Shown in pieces: positions 30,148 to 39,680 of a stretch of 64,000 nucleotides of DNA. A program made the position numbers and the translations under genes. The notes beneath the pieces are model-generated. The model made no database searches, was not told the origin of the DNA, and saw nothing but the letters and a program-made list of their open reading frames with translations. The DNA is from Candidatus Eiseniibacteriota bacterium (GTDB lineage Bacteria; Orphanbacterota; Orphanbacteria; Orphanbacterales; Orphanbacteraceae): NCBI GenBank assembly GCA_024276995.1, contig JAJRWB010000041.1, positions 91,015 through 155,014 of the forward strand, given 5' to 3'. The number at the start of each line of letters is the position of its first letter. Position 1 is the first letter of the stretch.

Positions 30148-32058
30148 ATGACGGATCCGGCTGCAAAGAACGCTCGGCATCCCCGTCTTGCCGGGATCGC
30201 TTCGGGCGCCTTGCTCGGCCTGTGGGAGGCGAGGGAGGCGGCGCTTTACGCGCCGTTCCACTTCGATCATGTTCTGGAAAGGATCGGGACGCCGATTATC
30301 GCCGTAGTGCTTTACGCGATAGTGATCGGCGTGCTGTCGCTCGTGGTGGCCGCGGTTGTGAAACGGCTCCCACATTTCCTTTCCGGCGCGACGTTTCTTT
30401 CCGTCCTCTTCTTTTCCGTGTCGATCCTTCCCGCGCTGAGCCGGCTGATCGGCCCGGCGTATGCCCTCCGCTCCCCGGCGGGTGTCGCCGGCGTACTCTT
30501 TCTCCTTGTCGTCGCCGCTCTTGTCGCTCTTGGTGCGGGCCGGTTGGTTCATCGATTCACCGCCGGTCGTCCCGGGCGTAGCTCGGCTCTTTTCGTCTTT
30601 GCCGCCGCCGCGCTGCTCCTTCTCTATACCCGCGCTCTCCCGGCGCCCCGCTCCTCTCCACTCGCGGTCGCCGGCACCAAGGCGCCCCGGTCCGCCGCCA
30701 ATCTCCTTCTCATCACGATCGACACGCTCCGACCCGACTATCTCGGCTGCTACGGCAATCCCTATGTTCTCACACCGAATATCGACCGCCTCGCGAAGGA
30801 GGGATTGCTCCGTCCGGCGGCGCGTACCGCCGTGCCGATCACTCTCCCGAGCCACACTTCCCTCTTGAGCGGACTTCCTCCACGCGACCACGGCGTGCGC
30901 GACAACGGTGAACAGGTGCCCGCTTCCGGTCTACCTCTTCTCCAAGAGACGTTTCTGGCGCGGGACTACCGCACGGCGGCGGTGGTGGCGGCCTTCCCCC
31001 TCGATTCATACTTCGGCCTCGACCGGGGTTTCCAGTTTTACGATGATGATTTCGAAGCGATCACGCCGCGCGTACTTTTCGGACGGCTTCTCGACGGCGG
31101 TTCCCCGGGCCGCCTCACCGCGCGGCTCAAGTTGCGGAACCGCACGCACCACGTGGCGGAACGAGACGCCGACTCGGTGACCCGCCGCGCCATCGCCCTT
31201 CTCGCCGCGATGAAGAACGATCCTTTCTTCTTATGGGTGCACTTCTACGATCCCCACGCGCCCTATGACGCTCCCGATCCATACCCGCTCCTCTACGACG
31301 CCGGTGAGTTTGGAGGCGTTTCCGTACCGTGCGCCGGTGTCGAGATTCCTCTCTACGCGCGTCGCGCCGGAACGGACGATCTTCGCGATTATCGGGCCGC
31401 GTACGCCGCGGAAGTTACGCGCACCGACCGCGCCGTCGGCGATCTTCTCGAAGCCCTCCGCCGCCTCGGGCTCGACGGGAACACCCGCGTCGTTCTCACG
31501 TCCGATCACGGAGAAGGGCTGGGCGACCACGACGTTCTCACCCATACGTCGCGTCTTTACGAAGAGCAGATCCGCGTGCCGCTCATCGTCAAGGAGCCGC
31601 TCGACGGGAGAAGGGACGGCCGCTCCCATGCCGGTCGTTGCGCCATCGATCCTCTACCCGGGGGGGATGTTCCATCGTTTCTCTCGTCGCTCGTCTCCGG
31701 AGCGTTTACAGAGAAGCGCTCTTCACTACCGGCCGCGGCTGGAGCGGAAGAGTCGATCTTCCAGGGCGTTCACTTCGCCGAGACGCCCCTTTCGGGAGGA
31801 CTCACCGCGGTGCGATATGGGTCGATGAAGCTGATCCGCGGCGTGGGAGGGAGGCCGGACGAATGGTACGATCTTTCGGTCGATCCGGGGGAGCGGGACA
31901 ATTTGGCGGCTATCGAAACGGAATCGACGGTGGACTCGCTTCTCACGGCGCTCATCGATGAGTACGAGGCGGGGCGGAACAGGGGGAGACGGCGGGGAGA
32001 AATCCCGTCCGCCGCGCGCGAGCGGCTTCGCGCCCTCGGTTACATGGGAGGCAACTAA
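30148..32058 (+). CDS. membrane-anchored sulfatase-fold transferase/hydrolase (LtaS/EptA-like; Thr in place of formylglycine Cys)
   Basis: About 5 N-terminal TM helices; LLLITIDTLRPDY metal-site motif; nucleophile region ITLPSHTSLLSG (T-x-P-S-H rather than C-x-P-S-R); TSDHGEGLGDH; C-terminus ERLRALGYMGGN. Confidence 0.7.
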   Translation: MTDPAAKNARHPRLAGIASGALLGLWEAREAALYAPFHFDHVLERIGTPIIAVVLYAIVIGVLSLVVAAVVKRLPHFLSGATFLSVLFFSVSILPALSRLIGPAYALRSPAGVAGVLFLLVVAALVALGAGRLVHRFTAGRPGRSSALFVFAAAALLLLYTRALPAPRSSPLAVAGTKAPRSAANLLLITIDTLRPDYLGCYGNPYVLTPNIDRLAKEGLLRPAARTAVPITLPSHTSLLSGLPPRDHGVRDNGEQVPASGLPLLQETFLARDYRTAAVVAAFPLDSYFGLDRGFQFYDDDFEAITPRVLFGRLLDGGSPGRLTARLKLRNRTHHVAERDADSVTRRAIALLAAMKNDPFFLWVHFYDPHAPYDAPDPYPLLYDAGEFGGVSVPCAGVEIPLYARRAGTDDLRDYRAAYAAEVTRTDRAVGDLLEALRRLGLDGNTRVVLTSDHGEGLGDHDVLTHTSRLYEEQIRVPLIVKEPLDGRRDGRSHAGRCAIDPLPGGDVPSFLSSLVSGAFTEKRSSLPAAAGAEESIFQGVHFAETPLSGGLTAVRYGSMKLIRGVGGRPDEWYDLSVDPGERDNLAAIETESTVDSLLTALIDEYEAGRNRGRRRGEIPSAARERLRALGYMGGN

Positions 32059-32095
32059 TCGAATCATTGTCCGGCCCGCGCGAACGATCCCGCCC

Positions 32096-32578
32096 CTACC
32101 GCTTCGCCTCGTCCTTCCCGGCGTCGTCGCAGCACGCCTGGTAGAGAATCTCGTTCTCTTCCGCCTCGTGGCGGCGCAGAGCGAAAATGATCCTTCGCGC
32201 GCGGCGGGTCAGTTCCTCCCTATCGCAGTCGAACGTGCTCTCGATCGAACGGGAAGCGCGGACGAGGCTTTCGATTTCGCGGATCATGTCGTAATGCTCG
32301 TCGAAGAGACGCTCCACCGCGTCTGCGAAGCCGGGTGCCCGGATGTGCATGTCGGCATACAGGTTGCTGCACTCTTCCGAGGCGAAATGGGATTTCAGTA
32401 TCTTCACCAGCGGAAGAAGCCGCTCGCAAAGGAGGGCCGCCCACTCCGCGCCGGCCCCTTCCGACCGGCCGAGCCACTTTTCGAATTCGGCGACCCCCTC
32501 CGAGATCTCGGCGTGTTCGCGAAACGCCTCTTCCGTTTCAACGTCGATACCGGTCCGGTTCGCTCTCCCATCGGCCAT
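32096..32578 (-). CDS. hypothetical protein, possibly hemerythrin-like metal-binding domain
   Basis: Spaced H/E/D residues (HAEISEG..., EHYDMIREIE, RRHEAEENEILY) reminiscent of an HHE cation-binding domain; weak. Confidence 0.35.
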   Translation of the reverse strand: MADGRANRTGIDVETEEAFREHAEISEGVAEFEKWLGRSEGAGAEWAALLCERLLPLVKILKSHFASEECSNLYADMHIRAPGFADAVERLFDEHYDMIREIESLVRASRSIESTFDCDREELTRRARRIIFALRRHEAEENEILYQACCDDAGKDEAKR

Positions 32579-32657
32579 GCCAGATACTCCTCCCCAGCCG
32601 TCCGGACGAGGCGCCGCCCGGGCCGTCCGTCGTCTTTTCCCGAAACCCCGTCGCCGA

Positions 32658-33305
32658 TCAGCGCTTCGCGCCGAGAACGGCCTCTTTTCGTGAGCGATCG
32701 CTCCGACCTTCGCTCCCGCCGGTCCCGTTCTCGAATGGGCACCCTTCGACGAGGTCGCGCACCGGACATGCCGAATCGGGAAGGGCGCCGCAACGGAGGC
32801 ACACCTCGCCGCCGCTTCCGCTTTCCCGGATCAGGTCGCAGGCGAGGCGGTCGGCGAAGTCCCGGAACTGTGCGCGCTCCGCCTTGGTGAACCGGTCGAG
32901 TATCGGCCGGAGAAGGCGGATCCGTTCGGCATGGTAGTCGGCGAGCAGCTTCTTTCCGGCCGCCGTGATCTCGAGGGGCGCGGTCCTGCGATCCGCCACC
33001 GGAATGGAGCGGTTGAGCAATCCCATGCGCACCAGCCTGTCGAGACTCCGACTCGCCGCGGGAGCGCTCACGCCGAGAAAGTTCGCGATATCGCTTACCA
33101 GGCGCTCGCCGTCTCTCTCGATCAGCTTAAGCGCGTGGATCTGGGCGATGCTGATGTGTGCCGGCGAGACCTGCGCGAGAAGATCCTCCTCCAGGATGCG
33201 CCTCACCACGGATGAGAGGATGTGGCTCGATCGAAGGAGTCCGTCGAGATCGGCCGCCTTTCCGGTTTTCTTGCTGGACGAACCATGGTCAGTCATGCTT
33301 ACCAC
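32658..33305 (-). CDS. MarR-family transcriptional regulator with C-terminal Cys-rich extension
   Basis: Winged-helix MarR core (IAQIHALKLIERDGERLVSDIANFLGVSAPAASRSLDRLVRMGLL); C-terminal CLRCGALPDSACPVRDLVEGCPFE; start may be the GTG at 33305 or the ATG at 33296. Confidence 0.65.
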   Translation of the reverse strand: MVSMTDHGSSSKKTGKAADLDGLLRSSHILSSVVRRILEEDLLAQVSPAHISIAQIHALKLIERDGERLVSDIANFLGVSAPAASRSLDRLVRMGLLNRSIPVADRRTAPLEITAAGKKLLADYHAERIRLLRPILDRFTKAERAQFRDFADRLACDLIRESGSGGEVCLRCGALPDSACPVRDLVEGCPFENGTGGSEGRSDRSRKEAVLGAKR

Positions 33306-33318
33306 CGCCTAACATTAA

Positions 33319-33336
33319 GGGAGGCACCTGCCTCCC
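33319..33336. promoter_or_regulatory. 8-bp perfect inverted repeat GGGAGGCA-cc-TGCCTCCC in the marR/peptidase divergent intergenic region (candidate operator or hairpin)
   Basis: Seen directly at 33319-33336, 14 nt upstream of the marR start. Confidence 0.3.
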
Positions 33337-33504
33337 CCGTAAACAATAAGCCCTACTAAATATTGGTCGTTTCGCAGCGATTTGTCAAGAGAAGTGTTTC
33401 CGGAAAGAGAGATTATTCTTCATGTCGACGGAAGCGGGCGCGTGGCCCGTCCGCGAAGTGACGGGCCGTTCATTAAGCACGTTACTTATGAGCTGGCCGG
33501 AGCC

Positions 33505-33513
33505 GCGTGGAGA
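33505..33513 (+). promoter_or_regulatory. extended -10 promoter element TGgTATACT upstream of the M1 peptidase gene
   Basis: TG at 33505-06 and TATACT at 33508-13 in a locally AT-richer intergenic region, ~93 nt before the ATG at 33606. Confidence 0.3.
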
Positions 33514-33605
33514 TGGTATACTGTACGGGTCGAATCCGTACTCCCCCGTTTTGTGTCCTCCCCGGTCGTCTCGTTGTGCGCAGATACAGCTATAGGAGAA
33601 ACAAT

Positions 33606-36350
33606 ATGAACCGGTGTCCCTCCGGAAAATCGCTCCACCCTGTCTCCAGGGTCCTCTTCGCCGCCTTCCTCGTGCTCATCCCGTGGGCCGTTTCCGGAGG
33701 CATCGCTCTCGCCAACGGACCGGAGGACGGCGCCCCGACGGCCGCCGAGATCGAATCGGCCCGAAAGAAGCAGTTTGCCATGGAGATGTTTCTCGGCGCC
33801 GACAAGCAGGCGGCGAGCCAGGCGGAGTACGATGTGCTCTTCTACGATCTCGACCTCACCATGGATCATGTCGCCCAGGTGGTGAGCGGCACGGTGTCGA
33901 TGCGCGCCACCCCCACCGGGAGCGCGATCGACACGGTGGATATCAACCTGCTCGACAACATGACGGTGTCGGCGGTCACCATGAACGGTTCGCCGGTGGC
34001 GTTCTCGCATTTTCTCGACCTGATCACCGTGACCCTCGACGCTTCGTACGCCGTGGGCGATACGTTCACCGTGGACGTGACGTACAGCGGCACGCCGAGC
34101 GCTTCTGCGGGCGCCTTCGGGTTCGACACCTACAGCGGCAAGCCGATGATCTGGTCGCTCAGCGAACCGTACGGTGCGCGTTCCTGGTGGCCGTGCAAGG
34201 ATTTGGCGGCGGACAAGCCCGACTCGATCGACTTTCGCATCACCGTGGACACGTCGCTCACCGTTGCATCGAACGGCCTGCTGAGAAGCACGTCCGTTTC
34301 CGGGAGCCAGAAGACGTGGTACTGGCACGAGTCGTACCCGATCGCCACCTACCTCGTCTCCGTGGCGATCCATCCGTACGTCGTCTTTTCCGACTGGTAT
34401 CATTACGGTCCCACCGACTCGATGGAGATCCGCAACTACGCGTTCGCGAACCATCTCTCCACCGTCCAGAACGAATCGGCGCCCACCGCGGATATGATCA
34501 CTCACTTCTCAGATATCTACGGGCAGTATCCCTTCGTGAACGAGAAATACGGCCATGCCGAGTTCCTCTGGGGTGGGGCGATGGAACACCAGACGATGAC
34601 GAGCATGGGGTTCTGGAACGAGTCGGTGGTGGCCCACGAGCTCGCCCACCAGTGGTTCGGCGACATGATCACGTGCAACACGTTCAACCATATCTGGCTG
34701 AACGAAGGGTTCGCCACGTACAGCGAAGCGCTCTGGGACGAGTTCCAGTACGGGCGAAGCACGTTCAAGAAGACGATGAAGTCGACACGCTATTTCGGGG
34801 CGGGAACGGTTTACGTGAGCGACCTGACCGACTGGAATCGTATTTTCGATTCCAACCTCTCGTACAACAAGGCGTCGTGGGTGCTCCACATGCTTCGCCA
34901 CGTGGTGGGGGACAGCACGTTCTTCAACATCCTCCAGACATACTATGCCGATCCCGCCGTGCAGTACGGTTCCGCCACGACGGCGCAGTTCCAGTCGATC
35001 TGCGAGTCGGTGTCGGGCATGGATCTGAATGCTTTCTTCCAGCAATGGATTTACGGCGAATACTACCCGATCTATTCGTACAGCTGGACCCCCACGCCCG
35101 CGTCCGGGGGTTACGACGTGGCGCTCACCATCGAGCAGAAGCAGACCAACCAGCTCTTCACCATGCCGATCGACGTCTACTTCCAGTTCGCGAGCGGGAA
35201 CACCACCCTCGTGGTACGTGATTCCCTCGCCACGCAGGATTTCACGCTCCATGTGAACAGCGAACCGACCGATGTGAGGCTCGACAAGGCGTTGTGGATC
35301 CTCAAGGCGGTGGAACGGGCGATCGTGAACCCCACGTTCGACCGCGGGATTCTCGTGGTGAACGGTGTCGACTGGAACGTCTATGGCAGCGAGATCTACA
35401 ACGCCTATGCCGACAGTGTCTTTTGGGGGAACAACCCGATCACCTTCTGGGACTGTTTCACAGCGCCGAGCGGCGGCTACCCGGCGAACCTTCCCGCTCC
35501 TCTCGGCACGGGAGGGGGAGTGCCTTCGGATACGCTGAAACAGTTCTCCACGGTCGTGTGGGTGGGGAACAATTATAACGGCGATCTTCTCTACTGGGTG
35601 AACACATCGATCCTCGATTATCTCGAGGCGGGCGGAAACGTGGTGCTCCTGAGCCGTCTGGGCCAGGATTTCATCTATTCGGGACTGACCGATTATCTCG
35701 GCATCACGTGGAACACCCCGGACAACCTGATCCTCGGCGACTACACCTCGACCTACACCGGGCTGGTGAGCCAGACGTTCACGGGGACGCAGAGCTTCGC
35801 CGACGTGTTCGACACTCTCTTCGCGACGGGCGAATCGGAAATGCTCTTCAAGGACACTTCGATCGGTACGGGGACGAAGGGCACCGGCGTGTGGCGCCGC
35901 CCCGCGGCGGGCGGGACGAACCGCGCCGACGGAGGGCGTTTCGTCTTTCTGAGCGGGCGTCCGTACAGGATGGATCACACCCAGCTCCGGTCGAACATGG
36001 AGTACATCCTGTCGAATATGCTGAACGAACCGTTCGACCCGACGGGCACGCCGGAAAGCCCCGCGCCGAAGAAGGTGTATGCACTCTCGCAGAACCAGCC
36101 GAATCCGTTCAACCCGATCACGAGCATCTCCTTCACGATTCCGGCGAAGGAAAGGGTGTCTTTGAATGTGTACTCCCCGTCGGGTCGGCTCGTGAAGACG
36201 CTGGTGAACAGCGTTCTCGATTCGGGAAGACATGGGGTTACGTGGAACGGCACGGATAACCGGGGCCGCGAAACATCGTCGGGCATCTACTTCTACAGGC
36301 TCGAGGCGGGCGAAAAGCGGATGACGAAGAAGATGGTGCTCTTGCGATAA
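33606..36350 (+). CDS. secreted M1-family zinc aminopeptidase with T9SS C-terminal sorting domain (Por secretion CTD)
   Basis: Start ATG 33606 with AGGAGA SD; signal peptide MNRCPSGKSLHPVSRVLFAAFLVLIPWAVSG; gluzincin HELAHQWFGD...NEGFATYSE (HEXXH + E); C-terminal NPFNPITSISFTIPAKERVSLNVYSPSGRLVKTL...SGIYFYRLEAG...KKMVLLR matches the TIGR04183 pattern. Confidence 0.85.
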   Translation: MNRCPSGKSLHPVSRVLFAAFLVLIPWAVSGGIALANGPEDGAPTAAEIESARKKQFAMEMFLGADKQAASQAEYDVLFYDLDLTMDHVAQVVSGTVSMRATPTGSAIDTVDINLLDNMTVSAVTMNGSPVAFSHFLDLITVTLDASYAVGDTFTVDVTYSGTPSASAGAFGFDTYSGKPMIWSLSEPYGARSWWPCKDLAADKPDSIDFRITVDTSLTVASNGLLRSTSVSGSQKTWYWHESYPIATYLVSVAIHPYVVFSDWYHYGPTDSMEIRNYAFANHLSTVQNESAPTADMITHFSDIYGQYPFVNEKYGHAEFLWGGAMEHQTMTSMGFWNESVVAHELAHQWFGDMITCNTFNHIWLNEGFATYSEALWDEFQYGRSTFKKTMKSTRYFGAGTVYVSDLTDWNRIFDSNLSYNKASWVLHMLRHVVGDSTFFNILQTYYADPAVQYGSATTAQFQSICESVSGMDLNAFFQQWIYGEYYPIYSYSWTPTPASGGYDVALTIEQKQTNQLFTMPIDVYFQFASGNTTLVVRDSLATQDFTLHVNSEPTDVRLDKALWILKAVERAIVNPTFDRGILVVNGVDWNVYGSEIYNAYADSVFWGNNPITFWDCFTAPSGGYPANLPAPLGTGGGVPSDTLKQFSTVVWVGNNYNGDLLYWVNTSILDYLEAGGNVVLLSRLGQDFIYSGLTDYLGITWNTPDNLILGDYTSTYTGLVSQTFTGTQSFADVFDTLFATGESEMLFKDTSIGTGTKGTGVWRRPAAGGTNRADGGRFVFLSGRPYRMDHTQLRSNMEYILSNMLNEPFDPTGTPESPAPKKVYALSQNQPNPFNPITSISFTIPAKERVSLNVYSPSGRLVKTLVNSVLDSGRHGVTWNGTDNRGRETSSGIYFYRLEAGEKRMTKKMVLLR

Positions 36351-36376
36351 GGCTGGCCCGCCGCCGGGCGCGACGC

Positions 36377-38116
36377 TTATCCGTCCATGTGGACGACGCG
36401 GAAATACTTCAGTTCTTCGAGTTCTCCGGGAAGAGTTTTTTCGGCGCCGGAAGAAGCGATCGCGGCGAGCTTCGTCGCGATCGCTTCCGCTTCGGTGAGA
36501 TAGCCTTCATATTCCGCGCGACGGTCGGCGACGGTGGGTGAGGCCTCGCCTTCGGTACGGTTTCGAATCGCTTCGTCGATTCCCAGCGCGGGAGCCGGTA
36601 TCGCTCGGTCGGCGGCGTGGGACCACGCTCCCGTGGCGAGATCGAACCGGTAGAGCGGAAGGAAGAGAGGCCCTTTCGCCGCGAGAAACTCGACGGCCCG
36701 TACGATGAACTCCGCGTCGATTTCGTCCATCGTGTAGTGGAACCCGATGCGCACCCATCCCGGCTTGATCCCCTGGTACCCTTCGCGAATCTCGCTTCTG
36801 TATTCCTCGGAGAGCTTCGCGCCGATGTGGAGGAGGCAATGGCCGTAGGGACCGGCGCACGAGCAGCCCGCCCTCGACTGGATGCCGAAAAGATCGTTCA
36901 GGAGCCGCGTGACGAGCTTCGGGTGGAGGTATTTTTCGCCGTCGCGGATGTTGAACGAGAGGATGCCGATCTGTCGCTTGGGATCGGGGGCGCCGAGCAT
37001 CTCGATCGCCCCGTTCGCGCGGAAGCGCCGGATCGCCTCGCCCACGTATTTCTTCTCCCGCGTCTCGATCGTCTCCACGCCGATCGCCTCCTTGAGTTCC
37101 ACGGCGAGCGCCGCCTTCAGAAGCTGCAGCGTTCCCGGCGTGCCCGCCTTTTCCCGCGCCTCGATGTCGTCGGTGTAATCTTGCGATTCGGGGCCGACGT
37201 AGTCGACGGTGCCGCCCGACGGAAACGTGGGGGGGAGGTCGTCGCGGTAGACGCGGCGGTTGAAAAGGAGGACGCCGGTCGAGCCGGGGCCGCCGAGGAA
37301 CTTGTGGGGCGAGAAGAAGACGGCGTCGAAGAACGATTCATCGTCGCGGTTCATGTCGATCTCGACGTACGGGGCGCTGGCGGCGAAATCGAAACAGGCG
37401 AGCGCGCCGTGGCGGTGCAGGATTCGGGCCACGTCGTACACGGGCGTCTTGATACCGGTTACGTTCGAGGCGGCTGAGAATGTCCCGATCTTGAGTCGTC
37501 CGTCGAAGGCGTCGTCGGAGACCTTTCTCTCGAGGTCTTCGAGATCGATGCCGCCGTCGGCGGCGAGGGCGATCGAGTGCACCTCGGCGATCGATTCGCG
37601 CCATGAGATCTCGTTCGAGTGATGTTCATACGGTCCGACGAAAACGACCGGGCGGTTCCGGTGGATGAAGGCGAGAAAACCGGCCGGGTCGGACGAAGCG
37701 TTCTCCTTTCCGAACCGGTCGGCTTGTTCCTTCAGCCACGCCTTCGTCGCCGGCGGCATATAGATGCCGGCGATTTCTTGGAATCGCTTGATCGCCCCGG
37801 TGGCGCCGGTGCCGGTGGCGACGATCCGTGTCCGTTCATCGCCGTTCACCGTCCGCTTGATGATCCTTTCCGCCTGATGAAGCATCTCGGTGGTGCTCCG
37901 CCCGGTGACGTCGTCCTCGGTGTGGGTATTGGCGTAGCTGTCCTGGATCTTCATCAGGTACCGCTCGATGAACCGGACGTTCCTCCCCGAGGCGGTGTAG
38001 TCGGCGTACACCATCAGCCGCTCGCCGAACGGCGTGTGGAAGCGGAAGCCGCTCCCCACGATCTCGTCGCGGAGCGCATCGAGATCGATCGGGCGATTGT
38101 TGTCGAGACGGTTCAT
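36377..38116 (-). CDS. aminotransferase class V-fold PLP-dependent enzyme (cysteine desulfurase / selenocysteine lyase-like)
   Basis: SPHKFLGGPGSTGVL PLP-lysine motif; start at MNRLDNN with GGGAGGAAGG SD (the ORF-track start at 38164 lacks one). Confidence 0.7.
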   Translation of the reverse strand: MNRLDNNRPIDLDALRDEIVGSGFRFHTPFGERLMVYADYTASGRNVRFIERYLMKIQDSYANTHTEDDVTGRSTTEMLHQAERIIKRTVNGDERTRIVATGTGATGAIKRFQEIAGIYMPPATKAWLKEQADRFGKENASSDPAGFLAFIHRNRPVVFVGPYEHHSNEISWRESIAEVHSIALAADGGIDLEDLERKVSDDAFDGRLKIGTFSAASNVTGIKTPVYDVARILHRHGALACFDFAASAPYVEIDMNRDDESFFDAVFFSPHKFLGGPGSTGVLLFNRRVYRDDLPPTFPSGGTVDYVGPESQDYTDDIEAREKAGTPGTLQLLKAALAVELKEAIGVETIETREKKYVGEAIRRFRANGAIEMLGAPDPKRQIGILSFNIRDGEKYLHPKLVTRLLNDLFGIQSRAGCSCAGPYGHCLLHIGAKLSEEYRSEIREGYQGIKPGWVRIGFHYTMDEIDAEFIVRAVEFLAAKGPLFLPLYRFDLATGAWSHAADRAIPAPALGIDEAIRNRTEGEASPTVADRRAEYEGYLTEAEAIATKLAAIASSGAEKTLPGELEELKYFRVVHMDG

Positions 38117-38219
38117 TGGCCTTCCTCCCCGGTGGCGCACGGTGCACATCGTATACCCTATCATGTTAGAATCGACCTGTCAGCGCCCCGCCGGTCTTTC
38201 GCCGGGGCAAGGGGGGACC

Positions 38220-39680
38220 ATGAGACCGACTCTTCGATTTCTCGATGACACGCTCCTCGACCGTATCATCGCCGAAGCGCGGGAGCTGCTCGTGCGGCTC
38301 GGTGTGGAGATCCACGACGAGGGTATTCTCGACATGCTCGGCGAACACGGCGCCGCCGTCGATCGAGCCGCGAAGCGTGCCCGCATCGGCGGCGACATGA
38401 TCGATGCCGCGCTCGCCACCGTTCCTTCTTCCTTCAAGGTTTACGATGCGACCGGTGCGGAGTCGCTCGACCTCGGCGGCATGAACGTCCATTTCACGCC
38501 CGGTTCGGCGGCGATCCGTGTGCTCGATTACGAGAGCGGCGAGGCGCGCGAGCCGTCGACGGCGGATTGTATCCGCCACGCCCGCCTCGTGGGAAAGCTC
38601 GACCATATCGCCTCGCAGAGTACGGCGATCGTCGCCGCCGACGTGCCGGAGATCGTGTCCGACAGCTATAGGCTCTACCTCGGTCTGCTCCACTGCGACA
38701 AGCCGGTCGTGACGGGCGCATTTACCGTGGCCGCCTTCGACGTGATGAAGAAGATGCTCGTCGCCGTGCGTGGCTCGGAAGAGGCGTTGGCGGAAAAGCC
38801 GCTCTCCATCTTTTCCTGCTGCCCCACGTCGCCCCTCAAGTGGAGCGACGTGACGTCGCGCAACGTGGTCGACTGCGCGCGCGCCTCGATCCCGGTGGAA
38901 TTCATCGCCATGCCCCTCGCCGGGTTCCAGGCGCCGGTCACCCTCGTGGGCACGCTGATCCAGCATACGGCGGAGACGCTGAGCGGCGTCGTGATCGGCC
39001 AAGCGGCGAACCCGGGCTCGCCTGTGCTCTACGGCGGTTCGCCGGCGATCTTCGACGTACGCTACGAGACGACCCCGATGGGCGCGGTGGAAACGATGAT
39101 GATCGACTGCGCGTACAACGAGATCGGGAAGTCTCTCGGCATGCCGACGCAGGCGTACATCGCGCTCACCGACGCGAAACGGATCGACGCGCAGGCGGGG
39201 CAGGAGAGCGCCATGGGCGCCGTCCTCGCCTCGCTTGCGGGGATCAACAACATCTCGGGCCCGGGAATGATCGATTTCGAAAGTTGCCAGTCCCTCGAGA
39301 AACTGGTTCTCGACAACGAAACGTGCGGCATGATGTTCCGCATGATCCGCGGTATCGAACCGAGGGAGGATTTCCCTTCGCTTCCGAGGTTCGAGGAACT
39401 CCTCGCCGAAGGGCATCTGCTCATTTCGCCGCACACCCGCCGGCACTTGCGTGAAGAGCACTATTTCACCGGAGCGGTGATCGACAGGGCGAACCGTTCG
39501 CGCCGGCTCGAGGAGGGGGGACGCACTCTCACCGAGCGTGCCCACGAACAGGTGGAATCGCTTCTTGCCGAATCGACGCCGTCGTCGGTGCGCAGTTCGG
39601 CGCGCGCCGAACTGAAGTCGATCATGACGTTCGCCGCCTCGGCCGCCGGGATGGATCGGCTTCCGGAAGAGACGATGTGA
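38220..39680 (+). CDS. MttB-superfamily (trimethylamine methyltransferase family, non-Pyl) substrate:corrinoid methyltransferase
   Basis: Start MRPTLRFLDDTLLDRI (ATG 38220); full-length TIM-barrel MttB homology with no in-frame amber codon; the ORF-track upstream extension from 38034 overlaps the divergent PLP gene. Confidence 0.75.
   Translation: MRPTLRFLDDTLLDRIIAEARELLVRLGVEIHDEGILDMLGEHGAAVDRAAKRARIGGDMIDAALATVPSSFKVYDATGAESLDLGGMNVHFTPGSAAIRVLDYESGEAREPSTADCIRHARLVGKLDHIASQSTAIVAADVPEIVSDSYRLYLGLLHCDKPVVTGAFTVAAFDVMKKMLVAVRGSEEALAEKPLSIFSCCPTSPLKWSDVTSRNVVDCARASIPVEFIAMPLAGFQAPVTLVGTLIQHTAETLSGVVIGQAANPGSPVLYGGSPAIFDVRYETTPMGAVETMMIDCAYNEIGKSLGMPTQAYIALTDAKRIDAQAGQESAMGAVLASLAGINNISGPGMIDFESCQSLEKLVLDNETCGMMFRMIRGIEPREDFPSLPRFEELLAEGHLLISPHTRRHLREEHYFTGAVIDRANRSRRLEEGGRTLTERAHEQVESLLAESTPSSVRSSARAELKSIMTFAASAAGMDRLPEETM

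Noticed and set aside
34509-36233. 574-aa minus-strand ORF and 535-aa +2-frame ORF (33614-35221)
   Set aside because: Overlap the M1 peptidase gene (HEXXH motif, signal peptide, T9SS CTD); alternative-frame translations are low-complexity.
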